Virus record (IMG/VR): IMGVR_UViG_3300023440_000001
Location: 64,001-128,000 of that record
Source of the DNA: a virus
Direction: 5' to 3' (one strand)
DNA: 64,000 nt
Position numbers and translations under genes: made by a program. The notes beneath the pieces were generated by a model. That model was given only the letters and a program-made list of their open reading frames with translations, made no database searches and was not told where the DNA came from. Below are positions 37,677 through 48,321 of this stretch, piece after piece (the stretch's first letter is position 1; every line of letters starts with the position of its first letter).

Positions 37677-38405
37677 ATGGATGTCGATACCTGGGTACAA
37701 CAAGTCTCTGGCGGCAGGAGCCGCATCAGTCGCGAAGAAGAGCGACGACTGATTAACCTTTATAAGAATGGTACACCTGAGGAAAGAGAGTATGCTAAAG
37801 CAGAACTTCTCGCCTACAATGTCTTACCAATAGTAAATATCGCCCTGGAAGTCTATCATTCGTTTCCCAATGCCTATCGGATGGATGTACATGATCTAAT
37901 TCATCGTGGAGTGGAGGTATTTCTGGATAAGCTGGATAAGTTTGATCCGGAAAAGGCTCGCCTGATTACTTTCTATTCCCGTGATATAAAGACACAAATG
38001 CAGCGCATGGTCATGCGTTATGCAACCGCTATTCCTCAGGGATCCGTATTCCTGCAGCATATAGCAGGTAAACGGTCCCGTATCTACGGTCAGCTGATGC
38101 AGGAATTGGAGCGTGAACCCACAGACGATGAAGTCGCCGAGGTATTGGGAATCAAAACATCTACACTACAAATGGCAGATCGTTATACCAGTATCAAGTT
38201 TCATAGTTTGCCCGGTCTGGAGTTTGAAGACGCAAGTGGTTCTTACTCGCTGGAAGCCCGCAAGTTATTGCTTATCCTGCGTGATAAGCTGGACTTTCTG
38301 GATGATGAAGAGTTCGAGCGTTTCGTTGATAAACTCATATCCGGAGAAACTCCAGATGCGGAGCTGGTTGAAAAGACTCTGAACAAACTACGTGGAGGCA
38401 ACTAG
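37677..38405 (+). CDS. Sigma70-family RNA polymerase sigma factor (regions 1.2-3, degenerate region 4)
   Basis: REEE..L, DLI..G....DKFDP, LEREPT..EVAE.LG, terminal EKTLNKLR. Confidence 0.85.
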   Translation: MDVDTWVQQVSGGRSRISREEERRLINLYKNGTPEEREYAKAELLAYNVLPIVNIALEVYHSFPNAYRMDVHDLIHRGVEVFLDKLDKFDPEKARLITFYSRDIKTQMQRMVMRYATAIPQGSVFLQHIAGKRSRIYGQLMQELEREPTDDEVAEVLGIKTSTLQMADRYTSIKFHSLPGLEFEDASGSYSLEARKLLLILRDKLDFLDDEEFERFVDKLISGETPDAELVEKTLNKLRGGN

Positions 38406-38406
38406 A

Positions 38407-39675
38407 ATGGATGTACGTCAACAAATACGTCTCCGACTAAGAGATTATATCGCTCAGATGGGTATAGAAATCGATGAGCATGGCTACGCTCACTGTCCGT
38501 TACATAACGACTGCAAGACCAAGAGCTTTACCATTGCCGGTCCGAATGGTGGTAACAAATGGAAGTGCTTTGGTTGTGATAAGGGGGGTGATATCTTTAA
38601 CCTGGCACATGAACTGGAAGGTCTACCCTTAAGTGGTTCTGAATTTGCTACAGTCACCATTCCCACACTTGCCAAACGTTTCGGCATTCCTATTACAGTA
38701 AGGGTTCAGGATGATGAAACTCATCAACGTAACAAGCTGTTGGAGTTGTTTAACTTTGTCAAAGATCAGCTTGTTATCGATGATGTAGTTAAATCCTTTG
38801 CCGAAGATCGAGCTCTGGATATTACGCTCTTTAAGCGATTGGGTGTAGGACGAATACCCAGTTACCGATCTCTGATGACTCGTTTGAAGAAGCGCTTCAA
38901 GCAGGAGATTATCACTCTGTCCAAGATTGATCATCGGGATCTGTTTACCGATCGGATTCTGTTTACCCTGCACAATAGAAATGGCCAGCCAATCGGCTTC
39001 GGTGGTCGTTATATCGGTACCGATCCGGAAGCCAAGAAGTATGTGAACAGCTTTAACAACCCGCTCTATAATAAGTCACAATATCTTTACAATCTGCACC
39101 TGACCAAAACCGATCAGCCGCTATATGTTGTTGAAGGATACACGGATGTATTGCGGTTGATACAGAATGGTATTAACAATGTGGTTGGTGTTTGTGGCAC
39201 CGCCGTATCTGATGATCATATCAAGACACTAAAGTCCTTTAAGGAAATCATACTGGTATTGGATGGCGATAAAGCTGGTATCAGCCGGATGGATAAGGTG
39301 CGCAAACAGTTACCAAATGCTACCTGTAAGTTGATTCCTATGGATATGGATCCGGATAGTTACATTCGCAACTTTGGTATCGATTACTTTCTGCGTCTGG
39401 AAAACCTGGATTCGCTGGCCTGGGAGATTACTACCCATAAGTTCCATCAGAAGCTACATGATGTCGAAGTATTCCTGAACAGGATTGCCGATACATTACC
39501 ATTCAAACACAAGGAGTATCTGAAGAAACTTGCCCAGTCCAGTGGTGTGGCATTTATCGAGTTGCAAGACAGTTTGAATGCGCTGTTGAACCAACGCAAC
39601 TGGCGGGTATTGGATCAGCTGTTAAAAAGTAAGAAGCAGATTGCTTCCTTGATTATTCAGATTAAAACCGATTAG
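38407..39675 (+). CDS. dnaG: DnaG-type primase
   Basis: CPLH..KCFGC Zn finger, GFGGR, KYVNS, VEGYTDV, DGDKAG, DPD. Confidence 0.95.
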   Translation: MDVRQQIRLRLRDYIAQMGIEIDEHGYAHCPLHNDCKTKSFTIAGPNGGNKWKCFGCDKGGDIFNLAHELEGLPLSGSEFATVTIPTLAKRFGIPITVRVQDDETHQRNKLLELFNFVKDQLVIDDVVKSFAEDRALDITLFKRLGVGRIPSYRSLMTRLKKRFKQEIITLSKIDHRDLFTDRILFTLHNRNGQPIGFGGRYIGTDPEAKKYVNSFNNPLYNKSQYLYNLHLTKTDQPLYVVEGYTDVLRLIQNGINNVVGVCGTAVSDDHIKTLKSFKEIILVLDGDKAGISRMDKVRKQLPNATCKLIPMDMDPDSYIRNFGIDYFLRLENLDSLAWEITTHKFHQKLHDVEVFLNRIADTLPFKHKEYLKKLAQSSGVAFIELQDSLNALLNQRNWRVLDQLLKSKKQIASLIIQIKTD

Positions 39676-39683
39676 GAGGTTGT

Positions 39684-40085
39684 ATGTCCAAAGAGATCGC
39701 AACAACCGATGAAATCCTGGCCGAAGAAGAGTTATCTCCGGAGCTGATTGACAAGAAGATCTCCAAGACCAAGGCGCTTCGTAAGCTGATAAACCTGCGC
39801 GCTATTGAGCGTCAGGTGAAGGAACAGATTGAGGAGATTCATGACGAAGCGCTGCGTGAATTCCGGGAACTCTTTTCCGGTAACAGAAAGGTCGTGGGTA
39901 GGAAGGTTAAGATTCAGGTTGCTTATGGCCCCACCACCTGGAAGTTCTCTAAAGATGTAGAGAAACTCAAGAAGGAACTGAAGGAGCTGCAGAAGAAGGA
40001 GAAGGCTGATGGTATTGCCAAGCCCATCCCATCGGATAAAGAACTTCTGAAGGTGGAGATTATTAACCCAACACAGGAGGATTAA
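39684..40085 (+). CDS. Hypothetical coiled-coil protein
   Basis: AGGAGG SD. Confidence 0.8.
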   Translation: MSKEIATTDEILAEEELSPELIDKKISKTKALRKLINLRAIERQVKEQIEEIHDEALREFRELFSGNRKVVGRKVKIQVAYGPTTWKFSKDVEKLKKELKELQKKEKADGIAKPIPSDKELLKVEIINPTQED

Positions 40086-40088
40086 TCC

Positions 40089-40733
40089 GTGTCTGTTAAG
40101 CCGCTAAATGGTATGCGACTGTTACTTAATAAGTTGAAACGGCGCATACCCAAAGATCTGATTAAGCAGCGTAAGCAGGGTAAAGAACTGCTGGACTATA
40201 TTGAATGGACAACGGCTGCTGATATCCTGGATGATGTAGCAGTAACCTGGCAGAACTATGTTAAAGACGTTCATGTCGTCGGAGACAAGCTCATCATCAT
40301 TGGTGGAGTAAAAGTCAAAGACCCGGAAACCGGAGAATGGCTTACCCGTGAGAATGTTGGCATCGAGAAGATATCGACTGAATCCTACGGCGATGTCGCT
40401 TCGAATGCCTTTGCCATGATGTTCAAACGCTGTGGCGTTCTGTGGGGTCCAGGCCGAGAGCTGTATAAAGCACCAGACTATGCTCCCCATAAACTTGCCA
40501 GCATGGAACAGGTTCGGGAGATTCTGCGGCTTATGGAGGAGGGCAAGATTCCAGCTGAATACCATGATCCGATCATCAAACTGATTAACAGTGGTGAACT
40601 GGAAGCATCTCGTGCTCAGGCAGCCATAGCCAAGTTTGGCGGTAATGGTCATAGTGATGGTAATGGTTCTCAAGACGAGCCTGAAAAGAAACCTGCCAGG
40701 AAACCCAAAGCCGTCAAAACGTCCAAATCATAA
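40089..40733 (+). CDS. Rad52/22 (Sak)-like single-strand annealing protein
   Basis: IKQR.QG...L.YI.W......LD...W, FKR....G.G.ELY. Confidence 0.8.
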   Translation: MSVKPLNGMRLLLNKLKRRIPKDLIKQRKQGKELLDYIEWTTAADILDDVAVTWQNYVKDVHVVGDKLIIIGGVKVKDPETGEWLTRENVGIEKISTESYGDVASNAFAMMFKRCGVLWGPGRELYKAPDYAPHKLASMEQVREILRLMEEGKIPAEYHDPIIKLINSGELEASRAQAAIAKFGGNGHSDGNGSQDEPEKKPARKPKAVKTSKS

Positions 40734-40805
40734 GTCCGAGGGAGGTACCTGGTCGTCTTCCTATGGCGGCCGGGTACCGGTTAATCCTTAAGCGAAGGTA
40801 ATATC

Positions 40806-41360
40806 ATGATAGTGAAAGCAGTGCTTATCATTCTGTTTTCAACGGTTATCGGATATGTCACGAACTACATTGCCATCCGCATGCTGTTTCGTCCCTGGAA
40901 AGCATATCATATTGGTCAGTTCCGGATACCATTCACGCCAGGACTTATACCCAAGGAGAAAGAGCGGCTGGCACAATCCATTGGAGATAGTGTGACATAT
41001 CTAATGCGCCCCAGTCAATTGCGTACGCACTTGACAAAACCAGGAATACTGGTGCAGATACATGAGGCGGTAGACAAGATGTTTGATGAGTATCCCATTC
41101 TGAATCTTCTTCCGGATCGCATCCGTCTGATGATCTTCTATCGCTTCATGATACTTGTATTGGAACGCATCCCGGATCTGGTTAATCGTCTTGATGTTCC
41201 TGGTATTGTTTCCAATAGTGTTCGTGAGTTCTCAAATCAGGAACTGGAAGATATGATTGTTTCCATCACAAATCGTGAGTTGCAAGGTATTACCTGGTTT
41301 GGTGCGGTGCTGGGATGTCTTATTGGTATTGTTCAAGTCTTAATTATAGGAGTTATGTAG
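40806..41360 (+). CDS. DUF445 family membrane protein
   Basis: IGYVTNYIAIRMLFRP, PGLIPK...RLA, EL..I...GAVLG. Confidence 0.9.
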   Translation: MIVKAVLIILFSTVIGYVTNYIAIRMLFRPWKAYHIGQFRIPFTPGLIPKEKERLAQSIGDSVTYLMRPSQLRTHLTKPGILVQIHEAVDKMFDEYPILNLLPDRIRLMIFYRFMILVLERIPDLVNRLDVPGIVSNSVREFSNQELEDMIVSITNRELQGITWFGAVLGCLIGIVQVLIIGVM

Positions 41361-41362
41361 CC

Positions 41363-43903
41363 ATGTTGGTTGCTCAATCTGTTGAACTATACGATACGGA
41401 TCGTTATTACGCCGGATTGGAAGACGGTGGTATGACTCGTGATGTGGTCAACAAGAAGTATATTGCTCCTGATGATAATGTTAATCTCTACCGTATGTGG
41501 ATGCGTGTAGCGCGCGCTGCGGCTAGTGTGGAGAAGAATCAGGTAGAGCAGGAGAAAAGGGCTTATGAGTTTCTGGGTATTCTGAAAGACTTTGTCTTTG
41601 TTCCCGGTGGTCGCATCCTTCATGGTGCCGGTCGGGAAAGTGCCCGTCGTAAGCCCACGCTTTCCAATTGTTATGTGATCGGTATTCGTTCTCGATTTCG
41701 GGAAGATATCGAAGTTCCCGGACCCATTAGTACCTTTATTCGGCTGGTGGCCGATACGCTGTGGGAACCGGAAGACGCACTCGAATACGTGAAACACAAG
41801 TTTGCTTCATTGGAGGGAACGTCGGCGATTATTAGCAACGCAATTGCTGAGATAGAAGAAGCGGTCAGAGAACTAAAGGCCTTTAATAATACTAACAGCA
41901 TTAACCGCCTGATTGATAAGTATACCGAATACCCATCTGATTCCGTAGAAGCGGCTTATGACTGGTTGAAAGAAGCTGCTATGGTGTACCGAACCGGTGG
42001 CGGAGTTGGAGTCGATGTAGGCGTGTTTCGTCCCAAAGGGTCTCCGGTAAATGCCACTATCTCTCAGGCGCCCGGTGCCACCTGGTTTATGAACCTGATG
42101 TCAGAATCCACCAATACAATCTCCCAAAGCGGGCGACGTGGTGCGCTTATGATTACCATACCGGTATGGCACCCGGATGTGGAAGACTTCATCACCATCA
42201 AGAACGATCCGCAGCGCAGCTCGGTAAAGTATGCTAATATATCGGTCAAGGTAACCGATGACTTCATGAGAGCAGTAGAACGAAATGAAGAGTATTCACT
42301 TCGCTGGCGGGGTGTCACCTATCGAAAGGTAAACGCCCGGGATCTGTGGATGAAGATCATCGAAAATGCCTGGGCCAGTGCCGAACCCGGTATCATCTTC
42401 TGGGATCGTATGACTCAATATCATAATCTGGAGCATCTGGATATTCCACTGCTGGGAGTGAATCCCTGTGCGGAACAACCGTTGGCTGACAGCACGGCCT
42501 GTAATCTGGGTGCCATTAATCTGAGTAAGTTTGTTAACGAAGAAGGCGAGTTCAGTTATGAGAGATTTAGACATGTTGTTCGTGTGGCCGTTCGTTTTAT
42601 GGATAACATTATTGATTACAATGCCCCGAATCATGCAACCGGGGATATCTCGGATTCTGTCTTACGAGATCGCCGGGTTGGCCTTGGCATTATGGGTCTT
42701 GCTGACATGCTTATTAAGATGGGCATTCGATACGACACCGAAGAAGCGCTGGAAGTTGTGGAAAAGATAATGCGTATCTATCGGGACGAAGCCTATCTGG
42801 CATCGGTGGAACTGGCTAAGGAGCGAGGTCCATTCCCTGCCTATGACTTTGAAAGTTATAAGAAGTCTGGTTTCTACAAATCTCTTCCGGAGCATATCCG
42901 GGTTGAAATCATGGCATCTGGTATCCGTAATGGTACATTATTAACTGTTGCTCCCACCGGAACGACGGCAATTGCTGCCATGACCAGCTCCGGTATTGAA
43001 CCCATCTTTCAGACAAGTTACACGCGAAGGGTAAAGCAGGATGACGGTGTATCCTTCCGGGAGTATAAAGTCTATCATCCACTGATCAAGGATCTCTTCG
43101 GTGATGATCAGGACCTGCCGGATTATGTAGTCACCGCCCATCAGATTGATCCGAACTTCCGAGTGCGCATGCAGGCAGTGATCCAGAGGTATGTGGATGC
43201 CAGCATATCGTCCACTGTGAACCTACCAGAAGATGCACAACCTGACGACATAGCAGGTATCTATGAGACTGCCTGGAAGGAAGGCTTGAAAGGTATCACT
43301 GTGTATCGAGAAGGCAGCCGGGAAGGAATACTTATCAGTGAAAAGAAGACGGCTGAGCAAAGACTGTCTAAGACAGAGAGCTCCGACGACTTCGATGGAA
43401 CACGCAGACCGACCTCTCGTCCCAAACGTCTCTATGGATATACGGAGAAGATTCGCACCGGTCAGGGTAACATGCTGATCACGATTAACGAAGATCAGGA
43501 TGGTAATCTGTTTGAAGTCATTGCTCGCCTGGGTAAATCCGGTGGAGATGATGCCGCAACATGTGAGGCGTTGTCCCGAGTCATCAGTATCGCCCTGCGA
43601 GCCGGAGTCGACCCCTGGGAAATCGTGGATCAGCTGAAAGATCAGGCCGGTGCTCAACCGGTAATCTATCACTTCGAAGGTTCCGATGTGGGTACTTTTA
43701 TTAAGTCCACTCCGGATGCCATTGGTCAGGCCCTGGAGTTCTATCTGCGCTCAAAAGAGATAGAAGATGATACTCCACAGTCGCCTACTTCCGGATCGAA
43801 CGGTAAGGGCAGTAAGTGTCCGGAGTGTGGTTCACCTACCGGATTCATTAATGAAAACGGCTGTGGCCACTGTGTAGACTGTGGTTATTCCAAATGTGGA
43901 TAA
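41363..43903 (+). CDS. nrdJ: Class II (B12-dependent) ribonucleotide reductase
   Basis: PGGRI, SNCY, RRGA, NPCAEQ, ACNLG, APTGT, C-terminal TSCPD-like and CPECG...CG domain. Confidence 0.95.
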   Translation: MLVAQSVELYDTDRYYAGLEDGGMTRDVVNKKYIAPDDNVNLYRMWMRVARAAASVEKNQVEQEKRAYEFLGILKDFVFVPGGRILHGAGRESARRKPTLSNCYVIGIRSRFREDIEVPGPISTFIRLVADTLWEPEDALEYVKHKFASLEGTSAIISNAIAEIEEAVRELKAFNNTNSINRLIDKYTEYPSDSVEAAYDWLKEAAMVYRTGGGVGVDVGVFRPKGSPVNATISQAPGATWFMNLMSESTNTISQSGRRGALMITIPVWHPDVEDFITIKNDPQRSSVKYANISVKVTDDFMRAVERNEEYSLRWRGVTYRKVNARDLWMKIIENAWASAEPGIIFWDRMTQYHNLEHLDIPLLGVNPCAEQPLADSTACNLGAINLSKFVNEEGEFSYERFRHVVRVAVRFMDNIIDYNAPNHATGDISDSVLRDRRVGLGIMGLADMLIKMGIRYDTEEALEVVEKIMRIYRDEAYLASVELAKERGPFPAYDFESYKKSGFYKSLPEHIRVEIMASGIRNGTLLTVAPTGTTAIAAMTSSGIEPIFQTSYTRRVKQDDGVSFREYKVYHPLIKDLFGDDQDLPDYVVTAHQIDPNFRVRMQAVIQRYVDASISSTVNLPEDAQPDDIAGIYETAWKEGLKGITVYREGSREGILISEKKTAEQRLSKTESSDDFDGTRRPTSRPKRLYGYTEKIRTGQGNMLITINEDQDGNLFEVIARLGKSGGDDAATCEALSRVISIALRAGVDPWEIVDQLKDQAGAQPVIYHFEGSDVGTFIKSTPDAIGQALEFYLRSKEIEDDTPQSPTSGSNGKGSKCPECGSPTGFINENGCGHCVDCGYSKCG

Positions 43904-43907
43904 AAGC

Positions 43908-43973
43908 GTAGACTGTCAGTCTACAGAAAGTGGCCCTATTCACTATTCGGATAGGGCCACTCTTTCTTATCAT
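43908..43973 (+). promoter_or_regulatory. Palindrome-box-(-10) element, copy 5 (overlaps a terminator-like hairpin)
   Basis: GTAGACTG-T-CAGTCTAC, N13, ATTCACT at 43938, TATCAT at 43968; GTGGCCCTAT/ATAGGGCCAC hairpin. Confidence 0.75.
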
Positions 43974-44002
43974 GTAGGGTAAACATAATAGGAGATATTG
44001 TT

Positions 44003-44332
44003 ATGGCCAAGAGTAAGAAAACCACCAGGCGCTCATCTTCCAGAGAGGAAGAAACCGCTCAAGCGACCGAATCTCTAATCTATGAGGACAAATGGATTCG
44101 TATTACAGCGGATGCACTACAGTACACGTTGACTGATAAACGCTGTAATCAGAACTGGTACTTCAGCCGTATTGAATCACTGGCTACCAGTCTGATAGAC
44201 ATGCTGGTAAAAGAAGAGCAGCGCCGTCTGAAAGAGTTCATTATTAACCTGGATGATGTAAAGAACCATGCCCTGATGGTATTGAGTTCACTTAAACTTG
44301 GAGACAACGATGGCTATCGAAAAGCTAATTGA
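44003..44332 (+). CDS. Hypothetical protein
   Basis: AGGAG SD. Confidence 0.75.
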   Translation: MAKSKKTTRRSSSREEETAQATESLIYEDKWIRITADALQYTLTDKRCNQNWYFSRIESLATSLIDMLVKEEQRRLKEFIINLDDVKNHALMVLSSLKLGDNDGYRKAN

Positions 44333-46352
44333 TCGTAATGTATTAAAGCTGTTGTCGGGTAAGGATCTGACCGTTTCTTTCGATAATAGTGGTAGAATGT
44401 CCACTGACAACGTCAAGATATATCTTCCTGCCGAAATGGAGACCAGTTCCAGTGCCAATGCAATTCGAGGTGCGCTGGACCATGAAACAGCACATGTGAA
44501 ATGGTCGGACTGGGATATACTGGGAGAGATCTCGCCCCGTCTGAAGGGATGTCTGAACCTGCTGGAAGATCTTCGCATTGATCATATGCGCCGTCTGGAA
44601 GGAAAGGGTTATCAGATCAATAATGAAAGTCTGACGAGATGGATTGCTGAGCGGATTAGGACGAAGATCTATGAAGGGGAAAAGGTTCTACGGGAGGACT
44701 TATTAGCTGCCTTCCAATTGCTGGAAGATATTGCCGGCTATGAGAATCCGTTTCGGGACAAGATGAATGAAAAGGCCTATCAAATGGCCGAAGTTGCCCA
44801 ACCCCTGGCACTAGAAGCAATCCAAAAAGAGAATACCCAGGAGGTTCTTCCCCTGGCAATTGAATTGGATCGTCTATGGTATGGCGCACCAGAAGAGGAA
44901 GAAAAGGTCGAGGGACCGGGTTCTGATGGAAGCCCGGGTGATAACAAGGAATCAGGTGATGGTAGTGATAAGCAGAAGGACAAACAGGCCGCTCCCGATT
45001 CTGACCAGGATAACGGCGAAAACGGAGGCAATCAGAATGAAGATCAAGATCAAGATTCAAAAGATGAAGGTAAAGTTAAAGTGGAAGTTAAAGTAGGAAA
45101 GTCCGGCGAGAACGATAGTAGCTCCGATGGAAATGATGATGGTTCTGAAGATAGTGCTTCGTCTTCAGAAACAGATGATGCTTCAGGGGATGAGTCGTCT
45201 GGTAGCGAAGACGGTTCCGATGACTCTGGCGGTGATTCCGGAGAAGATTCCGCAGCAGCAACTCCAGATTCCAGTGAGGGTGAGCCACTTGTTCACGATG
45301 GTTCCAACGAGTTGAAGGACTCGGAAATGGATGCAACTTCCTATGATGCACTTCCGGGAGGCGGTGTTGGTGCCACATCAATTGGTATTCTGGTAGATGA
45401 TTCGGATGGTCTATTATTCGAGTATATGGAGCCGCCGGTTAGGGATGTTATGGACGGGTATAGTGGGTCTGTTTATACCTGTGAAACATCCAGGGATGTT
45501 GAAGTCTATGCCCCGGATGATGGCTTTGCCCATAGTGAATATAATGCTGTAAAATCCGAGGTATCCAACCTGATTAATGGTCTTAAGCAGGACTTTCTGT
45601 CTTCCGTTTATACTGAGACCAGAGCACGTTTTCAGCGTAAGCTCTACTCCGGTAAAGTTGATTCTCGTAGTCTGGCTTCCATTAACGTGGACCCACGGGT
45701 GTTTAAACGCCGGGCTAACAAACGTGATCTGGACACAGTATTAAGTTACCTGGTCGATCTATCAGGATCTATGGCCGGAGAAAAGGAGAAACTGGCTCGT
45801 GCCAGCGCTATCCTGCTTTCAGAGGTAACCGATCGGTTGGATATTCCTTTTGAAGTGCTGGGATTTACTTCTACGGGTAGAGAGGTTGGAAATAGGTTTG
45901 TGACCCGTCAGGAAGGTGTGCTCCATGTAATCTATAAAGACTTCAATGAATCCTATCGACGAGTCCGTCATCGGCTGGGTAGGTTGAAGGTCGACCCGTT
46001 ACATGGAGTTGATAGATATGGTTGTAACAACTGTGACGGGGAGGCCGTTCTGTGGGCATCTCGCCGATTATATGCCCGTCCGGAAAAGCGCAAGATCCTT
46101 ATTGTTCTTTCTGATGGCGAGCCAGCGATACACAGTAAGAGTATACGATTGCTGGAGACTCACCTGAAACAGATGATTCAGCTGGCTCGTGTTTCCGGAA
46201 TTGAAGTCTATGCGATCGGTCTGGTATATGATCCCAGCCAGTTCTACGGTAAAGAATACACTGTTGTTATGAAGAATACAAGCCAGTTCACCATCCAGTT
46301 CTTTAAGTCATTCACATCTATTTTACGTAAAGGTATTGGAGGTCGAAAGTGA
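44310..46352 (+). CDS. CobT-like HExxH + acidic linker + VWA protein
   Basis: HETAH, N.LED.RI, D/S/G-rich linker, MIDAS DLSGS, DGEA, SDG.P. Confidence 0.9.
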   Translation: MAIEKLIDRNVLKLLSGKDLTVSFDNSGRMSTDNVKIYLPAEMETSSSANAIRGALDHETAHVKWSDWDILGEISPRLKGCLNLLEDLRIDHMRRLEGKGYQINNESLTRWIAERIRTKIYEGEKVLREDLLAAFQLLEDIAGYENPFRDKMNEKAYQMAEVAQPLALEAIQKENTQEVLPLAIELDRLWYGAPEEEEKVEGPGSDGSPGDNKESGDGSDKQKDKQAAPDSDQDNGENGGNQNEDQDQDSKDEGKVKVEVKVGKSGENDSSSDGNDDGSEDSASSSETDDASGDESSGSEDGSDDSGGDSGEDSAAATPDSSEGEPLVHDGSNELKDSEMDATSYDALPGGGVGATSIGILVDDSDGLLFEYMEPPVRDVMDGYSGSVYTCETSRDVEVYAPDDGFAHSEYNAVKSEVSNLINGLKQDFLSSVYTETRARFQRKLYSGKVDSRSLASINVDPRVFKRRANKRDLDTVLSYLVDLSGSMAGEKEKLARASAILLSEVTDRLDIPFEVLGFTSTGREVGNRFVTRQEGVLHVIYKDFNESYRRVRHRLGRLKVDPLHGVDRYGCNNCDGEAVLWASRRLYARPEKRKILIVLSDGEPAIHSKSIRLLETHLKQMIQLARVSGIEVYAIGLVYDPSQFYGKEYTVVMKNTSQFTIQFFKSFTSILRKGIGGRK

Positions 46353-47374
46353 AGGATATTCAATCATTATTGGGTAGTGATGTCTTTGTGTTTGATGAAT
46401 TCCGTGAAGGGGATACCAAAGGTATCGGTAAAGCTACCATATTGAAGCCCTGGGAGTTAACGCTCCCGGAAGCATCTGAAGAAGAGATCCCCTTTGTAAA
46501 GAATCCCGTATATGAGACAGCACTGGATTTAATCCGTAATGGCCATACGGCGCTCTTCTCCGGTCCGGCCGGTTGTGGAAAGAGCTATAATATAAAGATG
46601 GCAACGTTGGCTGTCGGATATGGATTCTATCGGATTAATATGAACGGTCATTCAACCGATGAATCACTCATCGGTCAGATGCGCATTAAACCGGATGAAG
46701 AAACTAAACAACCGGTTATGTACCATGCCACCGGTATTCTGGAGAAAGCCATGCTGCACGGTCTGGATGATGATGGTAACGTCATCGGTCCACCGGCTGT
46801 TCTGGTCATAGATGAAATCGATGCCGCACCACCGGAAACGCTCTTCGTTCTGCAACGGGTTCTGGAACCCGAAAAGACACTGGTTATCGATATCGATGGC
46901 GGTCGTGAAGTGAAAGCCCATCCGGGTTTTATCGTTATGGCCACGGCCAATACAATCGGTACCGGAGACTATCTGGGTGGTTATGTGGGAACCAATCAGG
47001 TGAACTTTGCTACCCGGGATCGCTTCGATTATCTGGTTAAAGTTGACTATAACTACGATACCGAGAAGCAGATCCTGAAGAAGATTCTGATTGATGAGCT
47101 GGAAATGGAGAAGTCAGAGGCCAATGATCTGATCAAGTATATTCAGAAGCTGACCAAGGATATTCGTAAGGCCAATGAAGACGGCACCATTTCCTTTCCT
47201 ATGTCCGTGCGACGACTGGTTGCCTGGGCTCGTGGTATTCGAGTATTCGGCGATCCGGGTAAGGCATTTATCTATTCAATCCTGAACTATATGGAACCCG
47301 ATCAACAGAACTCAGTGCGCGAGCTGTTTCAGCGGATATTTGGATACGAGCCGGAAAAGGCACCCGCCAGTTAA
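46349..47374 (+). CDS. CobS/MoxR-like AAA ATPase
   Basis: GPAGCGKS, IDEID, AHPGF..ATANT, DRF, S.R. Confidence 0.92.
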   Translation: MKDIQSLLGSDVFVFDEFREGDTKGIGKATILKPWELTLPEASEEEIPFVKNPVYETALDLIRNGHTALFSGPAGCGKSYNIKMATLAVGYGFYRINMNGHSTDESLIGQMRIKPDEETKQPVMYHATGILEKAMLHGLDDDGNVIGPPAVLVIDEIDAAPPETLFVLQRVLEPEKTLVIDIDGGREVKAHPGFIVMATANTIGTGDYLGGYVGTNQVNFATRDRFDYLVKVDYNYDTEKQILKKILIDELEMEKSEANDLIKYIQKLTKDIRKANEDGTISFPMSVRRLVAWARGIRVFGDPGKAFIYSILNYMEPDQQNSVRELFQRIFGYEPEKAPAS

Positions 47375-47398
47375 CCTGAATAGAGATGGAGAGTCGCT

Positions 47399-47641
47399 AT
47401 GCGTGATGTTGGAGAATTGCTTGCTTCATTCTTCCGTGGGCGCGGATCGCAGATCCAGGCCCGCCTGCGGATGTATAATGGTCGTTCTTACGTCGATCTG
47501 CGCGATTGGATCATGAAGAATGGTGAATGGATTAAGACCAACCGGGGATTCATGATCCCGGTGGACCGTTTCAGGGAGTTCATTCGGTTCCTGAATAAGA
47601 TTGCTACCATTCTTGATATTCACAACAAACAGGAGGCTTGA
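47399..47641 (+). CDS. PC4-family ssDNA-binding protein
   Basis: YNG..YVDLR.W....EW..T.RG..IP. Confidence 0.85.
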   Translation: MRDVGELLASFFRGRGSQIQARLRMYNGRSYVDLRDWIMKNGEWIKTNRGFMIPVDRFREFIRFLNKIATILDIHNKQEA

Positions 47642-47642
47642 T

Positions 47643-48269
47643 ATGCCTGCATTACTGAATGTTATTCTGGATAATGACAAGACCCTGGACATCTTCTATC
47701 CGGGTAATAACAGCAAGAAGATCGCTGAGATTGTAGATAAGGTGTCGGAGTATTTCGATAAGCAGAAAGGCGCACCCAAGGTGAAGGAGTATGTATATCA
47801 TGAGATTCCGGAAGATGCAGAGCTGGTATGTCGTAACTGCGGATCCGTCCATATTGCTGATATCAGTAAACTACAAGCTGAAAAGAAGATCCGTGTTATG
47901 GCCGGTGTCGCTCCCGATGCACACTGCTATGAACGCATAAAGTATTACAGGGAGTTGGCCGGATTGACTCGAACTGATGTGGCAAAACGTCTACGTATAT
48001 CTGAAGCCACTATGGCCAAGTGGGAGAAAGGCGGTCGTATGCCAACTCTATCGAATCTAATTGATATTGCCAAAGTTCTGGGTGTCAAACCAGCCGATCT
48101 GGTGCCCAATGTTGTGCTGGAGAATGATCTGCCCGAACCGGAAGAGGAGGATAAAGAGAAGTCTTCTCCCGATATACTCGATGAAGCGTCATGGGTAACT
48201 GTCTTTGATGAGTTGAACGATGATGAGTCCGAGACCATCGAAGACATTAAAGAAAAGGTACCCTTTTAA
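47643..48269 (+). CDS. XRE-family HTH protein
   Basis: IKYYRE..GLT..DVA..L.IS......WEKG..P...L..IA..LGV. Confidence 0.85.
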   Translation: MPALLNVILDNDKTLDIFYPGNNSKKIAEIVDKVSEYFDKQKGAPKVKEYVYHEIPEDAELVCRNCGSVHIADISKLQAEKKIRVMAGVAPDAHCYERIKYYRELAGLTRTDVAKRLRISEATMAKWEKGGRMPTLSNLIDIAKVLGVKPADLVPNVVLENDLPEPEEEDKEKSSPDILDEASWVTVFDELNDDESETIEDIKEKVPF

Positions 48270-48321
48270 TCCGGAGCCGCATGGATATGTGCGGCCCCGT
48301 TTAATAAGTTGGAGGTATATT

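Noticed and set aside
40065-40080. AACCCAACACAGGAGG as another early leader
   Set aside because: The A-run is shortened and it lies in coding sequence; may simply be an SD
31800-41935. Inteins in PolA or NrdJ
   Set aside because: The insertions are short and lack C/S starts, HN ends and LAGLIDADG motifs
44890-45330. D/S/G-rich low-complexity tract
   Set aside because: The usual acidic linker of CobT-like proteins, not a DNA repeat
44310-47374. Cobalamin biosynthesis (cobaltochelatase) next to the B12-dependent RNR
   Set aside because: No CobN or other cob genes; phage CobS/T-like pairs are not shown to chelate cobalt
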